Both the position numbers and the translations under genes were made by a program. Shown here piece by piece: positions 19,707 through 29,671 of a stretch of DNA of 64,000 nt. The notes below the pieces were generated by a model, which did not search any database, was not told where the DNA came from, and saw only the letters and a program-made list of their open reading frames with translations. The stretch spans positions 95,386 through 159,385 of the forward strand of contig JAHLWR010000007.1 of assembly GCA_019057815.1 (NCBI GenBank). The letters are read 5' to 3'. How positions within the stretch are numbered: position 1 is the stretch's first letter; each line of letters begins with the position of its first letter. This DNA is from Candidatus Heimdallarchaeota archaeon (lineage in GTDB: Archaea; Asgardarchaeota; Heimdallarchaeia; Heimdallarchaeales; Heimdallarchaeaceae).

Positions 19707-20983
19707 TCCTCGCTTTCTGTACTATGTTCTGGCACAGAAAAAACCTCTTCTATAATTTTAGCCCCCTTTTCAATGAAAACTTTCGCTAATTCTTGATTAT
19801 CCAAATTCAGATCTCTTATATACCTTTCAAAGTCCTTAACTGGGTCATCAATAAGATATTCTTTTATTTTCGCACCCTTTTTCAAACTTGTAGGAGCAGT
19901 TCTAACAAGATCTTTTGCATCCCATCTGAATTCTAAAATATTATATTTTGCTGAAAATGTTTTACTGCGAATATCATCCAATTTGTCCTCCATCCTCCAC
20001 CAATCTTTAAGGAATATAGTTCCTTCAAAAGTTATTTTTAGCCTAGAAGCTGTTTCTCCATTAAAAGGTTGTTCAAAATCTTTTAGTATTTCATAAACAC
20101 TGCTTTCTAAATCAATAACTGAAGAATCTGTTGTCAGTTTGATATTTTTCTGAATCATAGTTCTTTTGGAGTCTATATTCTTTTGGATGATTATTGGGTC
20201 CTTACCCTTTTGAATGTCAACCTCAAGAAAACCTTTTTGCTGATTCCTCTCTGCGAAAGTGTATTTTTCTGTGCTTCCTGCTTGCCACATATTCTTTTTT
20301 ATTCTCTGTTGTTTGTGATCATGACCTAAGGCAACATAATCATAATCATATTGGAAAATAAGATTGAGTAAGTCTATTCCTCTTGTCATTCCATGAGCTA
20401 CAGCTATTGAAATTTTCGAATTATCTGGTTCTTGATTGTTTCGCACCCAGTTTTCATAAGAGTCTTCAAGACTTTGCAAATTTCCAAATTTCAAATAGGG
20501 GAACAAATAGAACTTAACATCGTCAAATTCAATAATAAGCGGATTGTTATCAAAAATAGCTTGCTTCAAGTGATAATTTGTGGCCAAGAAAAACATTTTA
20601 GGGAATGCTTCTTTTAGAAATTCAAGAGTGCTGTAATTTCTAGTTAAATATGTTCCGTGATTACCATCAATTGTAATGAAAGGAACTTTGTTTTCAGTTT
20701 TTTCAAAAAATTCTCGAAGCACTTTAATAACAAAAGCTCGTGAATATTCTGTAGGTCCAACAAGATTCCTTCCTACTGGAACATCAAACAAATCACCTGA
20801 ATGAACTACATAATCAGGTTTGATTTCAGCTGCTTTTTCCATAGCTTTATGGAAACCTTTACAATAGTCCTCTTCTATCCAAGTTAATCGATTGTTGATT
20901 TTCCAGGAGTCTTTGACGTTTTTAAATCGTCTATGAGATACATGTGTGTCTGAGAGATGAACAATTTTGACCATTTTTTGCAC
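19703..20983 (-). CDS. mre11: Mre11/SbcD nuclease (probable start ATG 20974)
   Basis: HLSDTH, HSGDLFD, DGNH, AHG, YVALGHDH, GSTE metallophosphoesterase motifs. Adjacent to rad50. Confidence 0.92.
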   Translation of the reverse strand: MQKMVKIVHLSDTHVSHRRFKNVKDSWKINNRLTWIEEDYCKGFHKAMEKAAEIKPDYVVHSGDLFDVPVGRNLVGPTEYSRAFVIKVLREFFEKTENKVPFITIDGNHGTYLTRNYSTLEFLKEAFPKMFFLATNYHLKQAIFDNNPLIIEFDDVKFYLFPYLKFGNLQSLEDSYENWVRNNQEPDNSKISIAVAHGMTRGIDLLNLIFQYDYDYVALGHDHKQQRIKKNMWQAGSTEKYTFAERNQQKGFLEVDIQKGKDPIIIQKNIDSKRTMIQKNIKLTTDSSVIDLESSVYEILKDFEQPFNGETASRLKITFEGTIFLKDWWRMEDKLDDIRSKTFSAKYNILEFRWDAKDLVRTAPTSLKKGAKIKEYLIDDPVKDFERYIRDLNLDNQELAKVFIEKGAKIIEEVFSVPEHSTESED

Positions 20984-22795
20984 CTAAAGAATTGGAGCTT
21001 TTGTTTTTTCTCTTGCTTTCTTTACATTTAGTTTTTGATAAGGGTTTGTAAAAAAGGGCAACTCATTTTCAATGTATAGAGGAACATTACTTACTTTTAC
21101 AGGTAAAGGAATATTTCTAAGAGAGTTAGTGAATATTGCTTCGCCACGTGATAAAACCTTGAACTCATGCTCATAGCCTGCTATATTATTACTTGCATTG
21201 ATAATTGCTTGACGGATTTCTATTTCATTTCCTAACATCAAATTGAGTTCTGTATTTGTATTTGCAAGAATTATATGTTCCATAGAGGAGATATTCTGAG
21301 TGATGAGAAGCATACCAATATTAAATTTCCTTCCTTGTCTGGAAATATCGATGAATACATTTCCTTCCTTAGACATTTGAGAACCCAAAATACTAGGAGC
21401 TTCTTCAATAGTTAGCATGATTACAGGTAATTTATCAATTGTTTTCATTCGATAATCAGAACCATCTTTATCAGCTGTATAGAGCTCCTTCAAACTGAAT
21501 TTAGAAGAAGGATTATCTCCTAACAATTCACTTGCAATGGTTTTTGGTAGCCTTTGGTAAACTTGATCTTTAAATTGGCTCCATTTTGTAGATGACAGTA
21601 AAGATTGTCTTATGGACAATAATGTCCTTGCTAACATAGTAATTACAATAAATTGTTCTGTTGATGAGAGCAAGGCTGTGCTGAAGTTATAGAAGCATCC
21701 TCTTTCAATGTTATAAACTATTTCTGCAAGATCACTATACTTGTTCTCAGTAAAAATTGAAGAACGTGTAATAGGATAGAGTCTTCTTTTTACAGCACTA
21801 ATTGTCCCCTTCACAAAGGATGTAACTTCAGCTTCCGATTCTTTTTCTATTGCAGTTACCCAGTCTTCATTCGTGACTGCTTTCATAGACATATATCCCA
21901 ACATTTGATCTGTTACAGTCATAACTGATGTTATATCGCTTACAGAAAGATCTTCTCTTCTAATTCGTATTGGTTGTGCATATTTTTGCATCTCTTTGGA
22001 GACACCACTCAAATCTCTAGTTAAATAGAACTTGTCAGCGAAAATGGAATCATAAACCTCATTACCTGCTTTTATCGTAGCATCTGCTATATCAATCAAT
22101 CCATACCTTTTGTCTTCGTGTCTTAGACCTCTCATATACTCATCATGGACATCTATCATGAAGACAGAAACTCTTTTCTTCATCTCCTCTTGCTTGATAA
22201 ATCTAACAATGTTATTTTTAAGAGCAGAAGTTATGAATGTAAGCATGAAAAAAGATTTTCCAGCACCTGTTGTACCTGCTACTTGTACATGCATTGGCAG
22301 TGATTCAATATCAATTTTAATGGGTAAATCTAAAGTTTTTGTTCCAATAAGCAGCTTACCTATTTCCAGATCTTGACCTATTTCTTTTTCTAATAGAAGT
22401 TCTAATGCTTCAGGACAGTCAGCACCTCTATGAACTGCAGAGAAATGAGGAGGTAGAGAGCGGGGTTTTTTGAAAATCCATTTGTTTGAATCTGCGTCAA
22501 GTTCGCTGTATCCCATTAATAGACCATGCACTTTTACTAGTTTTTCAGATTCAACTCTAGCTATGTAAGCTTCTCTATTCTTTAGAAAATTAGCAGCTAT
22601 AGCTGATAAATCTTGAATATTTCTCAAAATATTCTCATAATTCATAATTCTAAACATATACATTTTCTTTCCAGTAGGAGGCTTGATGATCAAAATTTCG
22701 CCTATTTCAAAACGAATATCAGAACAAACAATTTTTAGAAATGAGATATCTCCTTCTGCTAAAACACCTATCGGTTCACTTAATTGTAACGACAT
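20984..22795 (-). CDS. herA: HerA helicase/translocase
   Basis: HAS-barrel-like N-terminus, HVQVAGTTGAGKS, IDVHDEY, IEEAP, RQGRKFNIG...TQ. Confidence 0.92.
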   Translation of the reverse strand: MSLQLSEPIGVLAEGDISFLKIVCSDIRFEIGEILIIKPPTGKKMYMFRIMNYENILRNIQDLSAIAANFLKNREAYIARVESEKLVKVHGLLMGYSELDADSNKWIFKKPRSLPPHFSAVHRGADCPEALELLLEKEIGQDLEIGKLLIGTKTLDLPIKIDIESLPMHVQVAGTTGAGKSFFMLTFITSALKNNIVRFIKQEEMKKRVSVFMIDVHDEYMRGLRHEDKRYGLIDIADATIKAGNEVYDSIFADKFYLTRDLSGVSKEMQKYAQPIRIRREDLSVSDITSVMTVTDQMLGYMSMKAVTNEDWVTAIEKESEAEVTSFVKGTISAVKRRLYPITRSSIFTENKYSDLAEIVYNIERGCFYNFSTALLSSTEQFIVITMLARTLLSIRQSLLSSTKWSQFKDQVYQRLPKTIASELLGDNPSSKFSLKELYTADKDGSDYRMKTIDKLPVIMLTIEEAPSILGSQMSKEGNVFIDISRQGRKFNIGMLLITQNISSMEHIILANTNTELNLMLGNEIEIRQAIINASNNIAGYEHEFKVLSRGEAIFTNSLRNIPLPVKVSNVPLYIENELPFFTNPYQKLNVKKAREKTKAPIL

Positions 22796-22805
22796 TTTTT
22801 CACCT

Positions 22806-24128
22806 CTACATTAAACCTAATCTTCTTCTTGGATGAATAAACATTTTGGGGTTTTCTCCTTGTTCCGCGAAGTAGTTAATTAATTGTTCAGCTACAACAT
22901 CTCTTTCCGCAAAGCTTACTACCGTGGAATTATGTGCAAAGGCTAAATCAAAGAAATAACCAAAATATCTGACATCTCGTGATAACCAATCTATTTCTTG
23001 AAATAATTCTAATTCTTTTGCTTTTTGTATTTTTGTATTTTCAGAAAAAATATTTTTCATATACCACTCATAATCAAGGTCGATTCTTAGAATAGGGACT
23101 TCTGATGAAAAGTGATACAGATATGTTACACCATAATATGGAGGAATATGAGGACGATTTTCGAGCATTTTAAGAGTAGGTTCTTTTCTCTGCTTTGAAG
23201 GTATTCTTACAAACCATTTTTTCTCTCCACCTAATTCCTTTTCTAAGTCTTGAGCTATTCTATATACAAATGGAAAAGTTGTTGTCTTGCTTACTGCAAC
23301 TATACATGTCTCTTTGTTTAAGGATTTTTTACACAAATCTCGTAGCAAATAGTTTGATGCTAATCGAGGTTGTTCTTGCCCTGGTGATAAAAGCATGTTC
23401 AGAGAACCATCTAAGAAAATATATTTAAATTTTGTATCAGAATTAAGTAAAGAGTGAGCTAGAGAATATTCTACAACTTCTCTGAATTGTTCAAACCAGC
23501 CTTGCACAGCAGCTGCTCTTGGTGACACCATCCACTCTGAAAAATCGAAAATATCAGACTTATGAAGTTTGAAACCAGCTTTTATTGCAGCTTTATGTAA
23601 ATCAATACTCGACTTAATATCTGGGAAGGTGTCATTTGGAAACTTAGGAACATATTTATGGTAAACGAAATCTCTAAGAACTCTAAGTACGACTGTTTCT
23701 AATTCTTCATTGTAATTATATTTAATGAATGACAGAAACTCTTCCCAAACCTCTTTAGATTTATCTTCTCTAAGTATAATTAGTCTCATTAAACCTTCAG
23801 GATGTGTACATATTGGGGGTCTGGTATTAAGCTGTTCTGTTGTTCCATCCTCAAAACATGTCTTATCTGCTGCAAATCCTGCAGTTAGTAGATGTATAGC
23901 TATATCGTTTAACATAACAAGACTATCTGCTCCACTTCCATCAATTGCTGTTACATTGAAATTTTCGTGCTGACATTTAGTTGGTAGAGGTTCAAATACC
24001 ACTAGATTCCTTTTCAAATAATCCAAGTCATCTTGATATGCTTCATCACTCTCTAACTCAAACTTCTTGAATCTCTTGTAAACTCGAGCGAACTCGTTTT
24101 CAATAGTTTCGTCGAAAAAAACTTGCAT
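22806..24128 (-). CDS. nurA: NurA 5'-3' nuclease
   Basis: AIDGS, FLDGSL, VSKT, GY...LAFAH. First gene of the herA-mre11-rad50 operon. Confidence 0.88.
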   Translation of the reverse strand: MQVFFDETIENEFARVYKRFKKFELESDEAYQDDLDYLKRNLVVFEPLPTKCQHENFNVTAIDGSGADSLVMLNDIAIHLLTAGFAADKTCFEDGTTEQLNTRPPICTHPEGLMRLIILREDKSKEVWEEFLSFIKYNYNEELETVVLRVLRDFVYHKYVPKFPNDTFPDIKSSIDLHKAAIKAGFKLHKSDIFDFSEWMVSPRAAAVQGWFEQFREVVEYSLAHSLLNSDTKFKYIFLDGSLNMLLSPGQEQPRLASNYLLRDLCKKSLNKETCIVAVSKTTTFPFVYRIAQDLEKELGGEKKWFVRIPSKQRKEPTLKMLENRPHIPPYYGVTYLYHFSSEVPILRIDLDYEWYMKNIFSENTKIQKAKELELFQEIDWLSRDVRYFGYFFDLAFAHNSTVVSFAERDVVAEQLINYFAEQGENPKMFIHPRRRLGLM

Positions 24129-24163
24129 GTCACTAGCTCCTCTTAACCATTCCAGTTTTCCAT

Positions 24164-24178
24164 TTATAAAACATTACG
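24164..24178 (-). promoter_or_regulatory. Putative BRE-TATA promoter of the nurA operon
   Basis: Minus strand reads CGTAATGTTTTATAA about 35 bp upstream of the ATG. A near-identical element (CGTAATGTTTATAT, 26507-26520) precedes the VIT gene. Confidence 0.5.
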
Positions 24179-24390
24179 GAGAGTTACTTAAAAGTGTTGT
24201 AATTAATTTTGTTTTAAGATATCTGTGAACATACAATATGTTTTTCTTCCCTATTTAATTATTTTTCCTACTTTCATTATCTTGTAATTGTAATTTGCTA
24301 GATTAATATATAAATTAAAAGCTCTTGTTCTGATTTAGAACTCAAAAAATAGTCTTTTTATAGTATATTATAGTATTGTAAAATGATACA

Positions 24391-25329
24391 ATGCAACCTC
24401 AAAAGGAAAAGAGAAAAAGAAAATATGTTCCTCATAAAGCTGCTGCTAGTTTTGAACCCACTTATGATTGGTCTAAAGAAGAAGCTAAACAGAAATATGA
24501 AACACAGAAATTTCCTTTTGATGTCGAAAGAATTTTTTATTCTGATTGTATAAAAGGAATGAAAACTATACCTGAAAAAAGCATTGATATGGTTTTAGCT
24601 GATCCACCTTTTGGACTCGACTTTAGTGGAAAAGAAGCCATATACAATCGAGACAGCAATAATGTAATTGAAGGGTATGAGGAAGTGGATATAGAAGATT
24701 ATTCAAATTTTACAAATGAATGGATTGGAGAACTTCCAAGAATTATGAAAAGAGACGCAGGAGTATGGATCTTTAGTGGATGGACAAATCTTAAAGATGT
24801 TCTCTATGCACTAGATAAACATAAATTAGAGATTATTAACCATATTATCTGGAAATATCAGTTTGGTGTTTTTACAAAAAGGAAATTTGTTACTAGTCAT
24901 TATCATATTCTTTTTGCTGTCAAAGACAAAAAAAGTTATTTTTTCAATAAATTCGAACACTATCCACAAGATGTTTGGCTTATTAATAGAAAATACATGC
25001 CCAATACCAAGAAAAATGCAACAAAGCTTCCTGTTGACGTAGTAATGAGATGTATTGATTTTGGAAGCGAACCTGGTGATTTAGTTTTAGATCCTTTTAT
25101 GGGTAATGGAACAACAGCTGTTGCTGCGAAATGTTCTTTTAGACATTATCTTGGATTTGAGATTAATGATGTACTTAAAGAAATAATTGATTGGAATTTA
25201 AAACAAGTTAAACTAGGAGAATTATATCAACCATACATCCAAAGACCTGATGAGATAGTTCAGAATGCTAAAGAAAAATTTCAGAAAAGCGATTCATCAA
25301 GAACCAAACTTACAGATTATTTAAAATAA
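24391..25329 (+). CDS. Site-specific DNA methyltransferase, beta class (N6A/N4C)
   Basis: DCIKGM, DPPF (motif IV), then VLDPFMGNGTT (motif I) and GFEIN. Confidence 0.92.
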   Translation: MQPQKEKRKRKYVPHKAAASFEPTYDWSKEEAKQKYETQKFPFDVERIFYSDCIKGMKTIPEKSIDMVLADPPFGLDFSGKEAIYNRDSNNVIEGYEEVDIEDYSNFTNEWIGELPRIMKRDAGVWIFSGWTNLKDVLYALDKHKLEIINHIIWKYQFGVFTKRKFVTSHYHILFAVKDKKSYFFNKFEHYPQDVWLINRKYMPNTKKNATKLPVDVVMRCIDFGSEPGDLVLDPFMGNGTTAVAAKCSFRHYLGFEINDVLKEIIDWNLKQVKLGELYQPYIQRPDEIVQNAKEKFQKSDSSRTKLTDYLK

Positions 25330-26003
25330 TTATCTAGTGTATTCATATTTTTAATGAAATATGGTGGTTCACTACTTTTAAGCAGGTATTTAGGTCTTCT
25401 AGGACTACCATTTGCATTCCTCATTCCTTTCTGAAAATATGCAATCCAACCTTCTGAGATTCCTTCAGATAGAAGTTGTTTATTTAACCATAGAAGAGAG
25501 TAGTTCTCAATAACAAAAGCTTTTTTTCGCATTCTTGATTTTGCCCCTCTTCTTATTCTTTGTTTGACATAATCGCTTGTTTTTCCTTTTAGTTTTGAAT
25601 GCCATTCTTTAAAGGAACCATCATCATCATATTCTGCTCTTCCACTTACAATGAAATATCCGATTCCATTGTACTTCTCTGTACATAAATCTACTGCTTC
25701 ACAATCATTTAGAATTATCCAAGGATGACTGCTGGAATTAACTATATGAGCTTTAAAATTCCAAGGATTTTCCTTAAAATAATCAAATTGTGTATTCCCC
25801 AATTTTGGACCATCTTCTCCTCCTAAATGATTAAATAAGATCTTTTTCAATTTATACTCAATATACCAACCTATCCATTCCATTTGTTTCCATTGATAGT
25901 TTGCTTCTTTTATTTCATGAATACATTCCTTACCATCTAAATATCTTTCAAGATTCCTTATTATTAAAGAATATATTTGGTTTCCCTCCTCTTCATAGTT
26001 CAT
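25317..26003 (-). CDS. Putative PD-(D/E)xK restriction endonuclease (convergent partner of the MTase)
   Basis: Overlaps the MTase 3' end. E..GWYIE helix followed by FDY...WNFKAH resembles a PD-(D/E)xK core. Context-based call. Confidence 0.55.
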   Translation of the reverse strand: MNYEEEGNQIYSLIIRNLERYLDGKECIHEIKEANYQWKQMEWIGWYIEYKLKKILFNHLGGEDGPKLGNTQFDYFKENPWNFKAHIVNSSSHPWIILNDCEAVDLCTEKYNGIGYFIVSGRAEYDDDGSFKEWHSKLKGKTSDYVKQRIRRGAKSRMRKKAFVIENYSLLWLNKQLLSEGISEGWIAYFQKGMRNANGSPRRPKYLLKSSEPPYFIKNMNTLDNYFK

Positions 26004-26128
26004 TTAAATTGATTAGAAGCATAAAGGTATTTTAATAATTCTATAAAAAGTACTTAATCATTTATTAGTACTAAATCACTAAACTAATCTTTTGTGAATT
26101 TAGTTATATCATTAGTTCTTTCTTAGAA

Positions 26129-26497
26129 ATGTTAATTTCTAATGACTTCGAGAAAGAGCTGGGGGAGTTGAGATTGTTAGATGACAATAATCTGGAGAAT
26201 TTCAGAATTCTAAAAGAACTTTTAAAAAATGAAATCTCCAAAGAAGATGTAGAATTAGTAGATCCTTCAATTATTATCACTGACGCAGAACAAATTGCAT
26301 TTATTTCATACTTGATTATAGCTGATTGCACATATTATGAGGTTTTTACTGAAAATTTAATAAATAAGATAATTGATGAGTTGATTTCTAATCAGAATAT
26401 TTATGAAGAAAAAAAGAATTATAATGTAAAAGAATTGATTAGATATTTAATTATTTTTTCGAGCTTTTTGGTATTTTCTTCGTTTTTTAGTTCTTAA
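26129..26497 (+). CDS. Hypothetical protein (possibly a fragment)
   Basis: 122-aa very AT-rich ORF, no family recognised. Confidence 0.35.
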   Translation: MLISNDFEKELGELRLLDDNNLENFRILKELLKNEISKEDVELVDPSIIITDAEQIAFISYLIIADCTYYEVFTENLINKIIDELISNQNIYEEKKNYNVKELIRYLIIFSSFLVFSSFFSS

Positions 26498-26568
26498 AAT
26501 GTGTAACGTAATGTTTATATCTTTCTATTGGGAGAATATTTTAGTAAATAGAGTTAGGGACATAACAA

Positions 26569-27159
26569 TTGAAAATTCTAGATAAACTTAAAGAAAATTT
26601 ATCTATGGTTGGGGGAGAAAATATCTTACGACGATATTTCGTCATGAATGGTTTCGATGGAGCTTTAACAGCTTTAGGGATAATTATTGCATCTATCATC
26701 ATTAAATCTACAGAAGCTAAAACTCTTCTCTTCATAGGCATTGGAGCTTCTATTTCTATGGGAGTATCAGGCTTTTGGATAGCATATCTAACAGAGAGGG
26801 CTGAAAGGACTAAAGAACTGAAAGAATTAGAAAAAGATATGGTAACTGAGTTAAATGACACCAAATTCACAAAAGCGAACTTCTGGACATCGCTCATAAT
26901 AGCAGCAGTTGATGGTATTTCACCTTTTATGTTTTCTATGATATCGATATCGCCATTTCTCTTTGTGATTCCAGGATGGATAACAATGACAACTGGGTAT
27001 ATTATTGCAATATCTCTTGTAGGTGTTGAAGTAATAACTCTTGGAGTCTTTCTAGGTGCAATCTCAAAAGAAAATAAACTCATATACGCTCTAAAAATAA
27101 TTCCCGCAGCACTAATTGTAGCTGGTTTGACATTTTTACTTGAATTCTTTAATAACTAA
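26569..27159 (+). CDS. VIT1/CCC1 family metal transporter-like membrane protein
   Basis: RRYFVMNGFDGALTALG, SMGVSG...YLTERAE, five TM helices. Confidence 0.85.
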   Translation: MKILDKLKENLSMVGGENILRRYFVMNGFDGALTALGIIIASIIIKSTEAKTLLFIGIGASISMGVSGFWIAYLTERAERTKELKELEKDMVTELNDTKFTKANFWTSLIIAAVDGISPFMFSMISISPFLFVIPGWITMTTGYIIAISLVGVEVITLGVFLGAISKENKLIYALKIIPAALIVAGLTFLLEFFNN

Positions 27160-27398
27160 TCTACTTCAATATTGTCTGTTCCTTAGCTTATTCATCAACT
27201 TCAGAACCAAAAGAACTTTTTTCTAATCTTATTTCATATTTATTGTTACTATTATTTACGAGCTTTCAAAATCAGCAATTGATAGCAAAACTGCTACTTT
27301 AATTTATAAGAAAAAAACAATTATTTGAGAATAAATTATAAAAACTAATTCAACTTTTCGTAGTAAAACTAAAGAATATCATCTGAAAAGTTGTACTA

Positions 27399-28754
27399 AT
27401 GCCTAAAAAACAAGAACAGAAAAGAGATGTCATAATTGTTGGTGCCGGAATAGCAGGTTGTGTACTTGCTTTTCATTTAGCGACTGCTGGTCTGAAAGTC
27501 TCAATTTATGAAAAGAGCGCTAGAGAGAACATTGGACATGATTGGTGTGATTCGATCGAAAAGAAAGCATTTCAATTAGCAGGAATTCTTGCACCCAAAG
27601 GAGAAGAAAAGAGAGCAAATAGAGACCATCTTGTAATTTTATCTCCCGATTTACTATCAAAAATTCACTTAAGTTATTATGATTATTGGGTTGTTGACCG
27701 TAAATTGTTTCAAAAAAGATTATTGCTTCTAGCAGAAAAAGCAGGAGCAGAATTCTGTTTTAACACTGAAATAGTCGAACCCATTGGTAAGGGTATGTGG
27801 GTTATTGGTGTTAAAAAACGAGATGGTGAAATTGTAACAGCTAAGCTAGTTGTTGACTGTTCTGGTATTGATAGAATTTTAGGGAATAATATAGAAATAC
27901 TAGATTTAAATCTACCACTAGAAGATAACGAAATAGCTCTCGCACATCGAGAAACTCACAAAACTGAAGATAATAAATTGAAGTGGGGAGAAAATGAAAT
28001 TAGTAAAAAACACCTTTATTATCGATATGGTTACAAGAAAGGTTATAGTTGGTTAAATTTCGAAAAAGAGGACGAAGTTGATGTTGGTTCAGGAGTAACT
28101 CAAGGATATTCAAAACGCAAACCTAAAGCAATAGTAAACGAGTTCATCAATTTGCATAAAAACATAGAAAAAGAAAAATTAAGAGGAGGAGGAGGAAAAA
28201 TCGTCGTAAGACGCCCAATAACTATGGTTTGGTACGGTTTCTTACTTGTTGGTGAAGCAGCTTGTCAAACTATTCCTACAGTAGGTTGTGGTGTAGGATC
28301 ATCTATGATTGCTGCTAGAATTGCAGCTGAAGTCATTGTCAAAAGCTTAAGAAAAAAAGAAGTCTCAATTGATAGTCTGTGGGAATATCAGGTCAGGTAC
28401 AATGAAGAAAGAGGAAGAGATCATGCAGCTCTTGATATGATGAGAAGAAAACTTCTTCAACTAACTGAAAAAGAAATGTCATTTTTAATAGAAAAACGAA
28501 TTATTTCCAAATCAGATTTTGAAAAGCTAATTCACGCAAAATATCCCAAGAAATCTATTATTGGAATGTTATTTTCCACTTTTAAAGGAATCTCGAATCT
28601 TAAATTGATGCTTTTTATGGGAAAATCTTTGCTTCGAGCTAATAGAGTCTACAAACATTACAAGACGATGCCTAAAGAATATGATTCTAAAAAGTACCAT
28701 AAATGGTTTCTTGAACAGATGTATTTCTTCAAAGATATTGAGGAAAAAAAATAA
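27399..28754 (+). CDS. Geranylgeranyl reductase family FAD-dependent oxidoreductase
   Basis: DVIIVGAGIAG, VDRKLF, VVDCSG, GYSW, VGEAACQTIPTVGCGV. Confidence 0.82.
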   Translation: MPKKQEQKRDVIIVGAGIAGCVLAFHLATAGLKVSIYEKSARENIGHDWCDSIEKKAFQLAGILAPKGEEKRANRDHLVILSPDLLSKIHLSYYDYWVVDRKLFQKRLLLLAEKAGAEFCFNTEIVEPIGKGMWVIGVKKRDGEIVTAKLVVDCSGIDRILGNNIEILDLNLPLEDNEIALAHRETHKTEDNKLKWGENEISKKHLYYRYGYKKGYSWLNFEKEDEVDVGSGVTQGYSKRKPKAIVNEFINLHKNIEKEKLRGGGGKIVVRRPITMVWYGFLLVGEAACQTIPTVGCGVGSSMIAARIAAEVIVKSLRKKEVSIDSLWEYQVRYNEERGRDHAALDMMRRKLLQLTEKEMSFLIEKRIISKSDFEKLIHAKYPKKSIIGMLFSTFKGISNLKLMLFMGKSLLRANRVYKHYKTMPKEYDSKKYHKWFLEQMYFFKDIEEKK

Positions 28755-28811
28755 TTTCTTTTGTTAGATAGCTTCCATTACGTTTAAAAGAAGAGAAGAG
28801 AATTTATTTAT

Positions 28812-29645
28812 ATGAAAAATGATGCCGAAGACCATTTTCGGTTCATTTTAGAAGAAGTTCTTCTAATAAAGGATAGTAGATTCATCCATTCAGAGATAGA
28901 GAAAAGGAATAAGAGTATAAATTGGAAAATTTATGATGAGAATGAGGAAATAATCTTTTTGTCACCTAACCAAATAAAAAGTGGAAGTTCAATAAATACA
29001 ACTGTTTTCAGGAAATTATACACTGGAGCAAGGAGGAGAAAACTGTCTATTATTCATGTTCAAAATCATGAAGATGACATTACAGGAGTGTTCTCTAGAA
29101 AAGCTGTTTCTCTTATCTGGAAGTTAACGATAAGAGAACGCTTGGCAAGTATTGAATTAATTCCATTCGAAGATGAGCCTTACAAAGCAAAGTACCTCCA
29201 ATTACAATTCCCAAGCGGTTTTTTCCTCACTAAAGGTATTCATCAATTATTTCCAACAGATGAATATATTGAAGATAATATTGAAATCGCTAAAAAATAC
29301 GCAAAAGCAAAAGCAAAATTTAGAGAATTGGTACCTTTTAAAATAAATAGAATTATTGATCTTCTATCAACTGATGAAATAGCCCCTTCTTATGAATCAT
29401 GGTTAAAAAACCCACTTAAATACGACCTACGCAATGTTGATACAGCAGATTTAACTACTGCTAGAAAAATAGCAGATGGTTTACCTGATGAAGAACTTAA
29501 TTTGCTTGTAAAGGATATAAGAGAGATTATGACTGAAATAGAATGGGATGAAGTAGCCAACCAACAGAGAATCGAAAGATATTCGCAATTTTTAAAGTAT
29601 GTAAAAAAAATCAGAAAAATAAAGAAGAAAAAGGGGAAAGAATAA
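28812..29645 (+). CDS. Hypothetical protein
   Basis: 277-aa ORF, no recognisable motif. Confidence 0.65.
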   Translation: MKNDAEDHFRFILEEVLLIKDSRFIHSEIEKRNKSINWKIYDENEEIIFLSPNQIKSGSSINTTVFRKLYTGARRRKLSIIHVQNHEDDITGVFSRKAVSLIWKLTIRERLASIELIPFEDEPYKAKYLQLQFPSGFFLTKGIHQLFPTDEYIEDNIEIAKKYAKAKAKFRELVPFKINRIIDLLSTDEIAPSYESWLKNPLKYDLRNVDTADLTTARKIADGLPDEELNLLVKDIREIMTEIEWDEVANQQRIERYSQFLKYVKKIRKIKKKKGKE

Positions 29646-29671
29646 TTTTATTGAAAGAAAAAAAAGGGAAC

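Noticed and set aside
24164-26520. Inverted repeat (AAACATTACG / CGTAATGTTT) flanking the R-M region, as if transposon ends
   Set aside because: Both copies sit at BRE-TATA distance from outward-facing genes (nurA and the VIT gene) and are better explained as similar promoters.
26541-27083. Long antisense ORFs (also 48343-48897, 47758-48174, 50892-51287, 1712-2059 and others)
   Set aside because: They lie opposite well-supported genes and have no motifs, as expected for antisense shadows.
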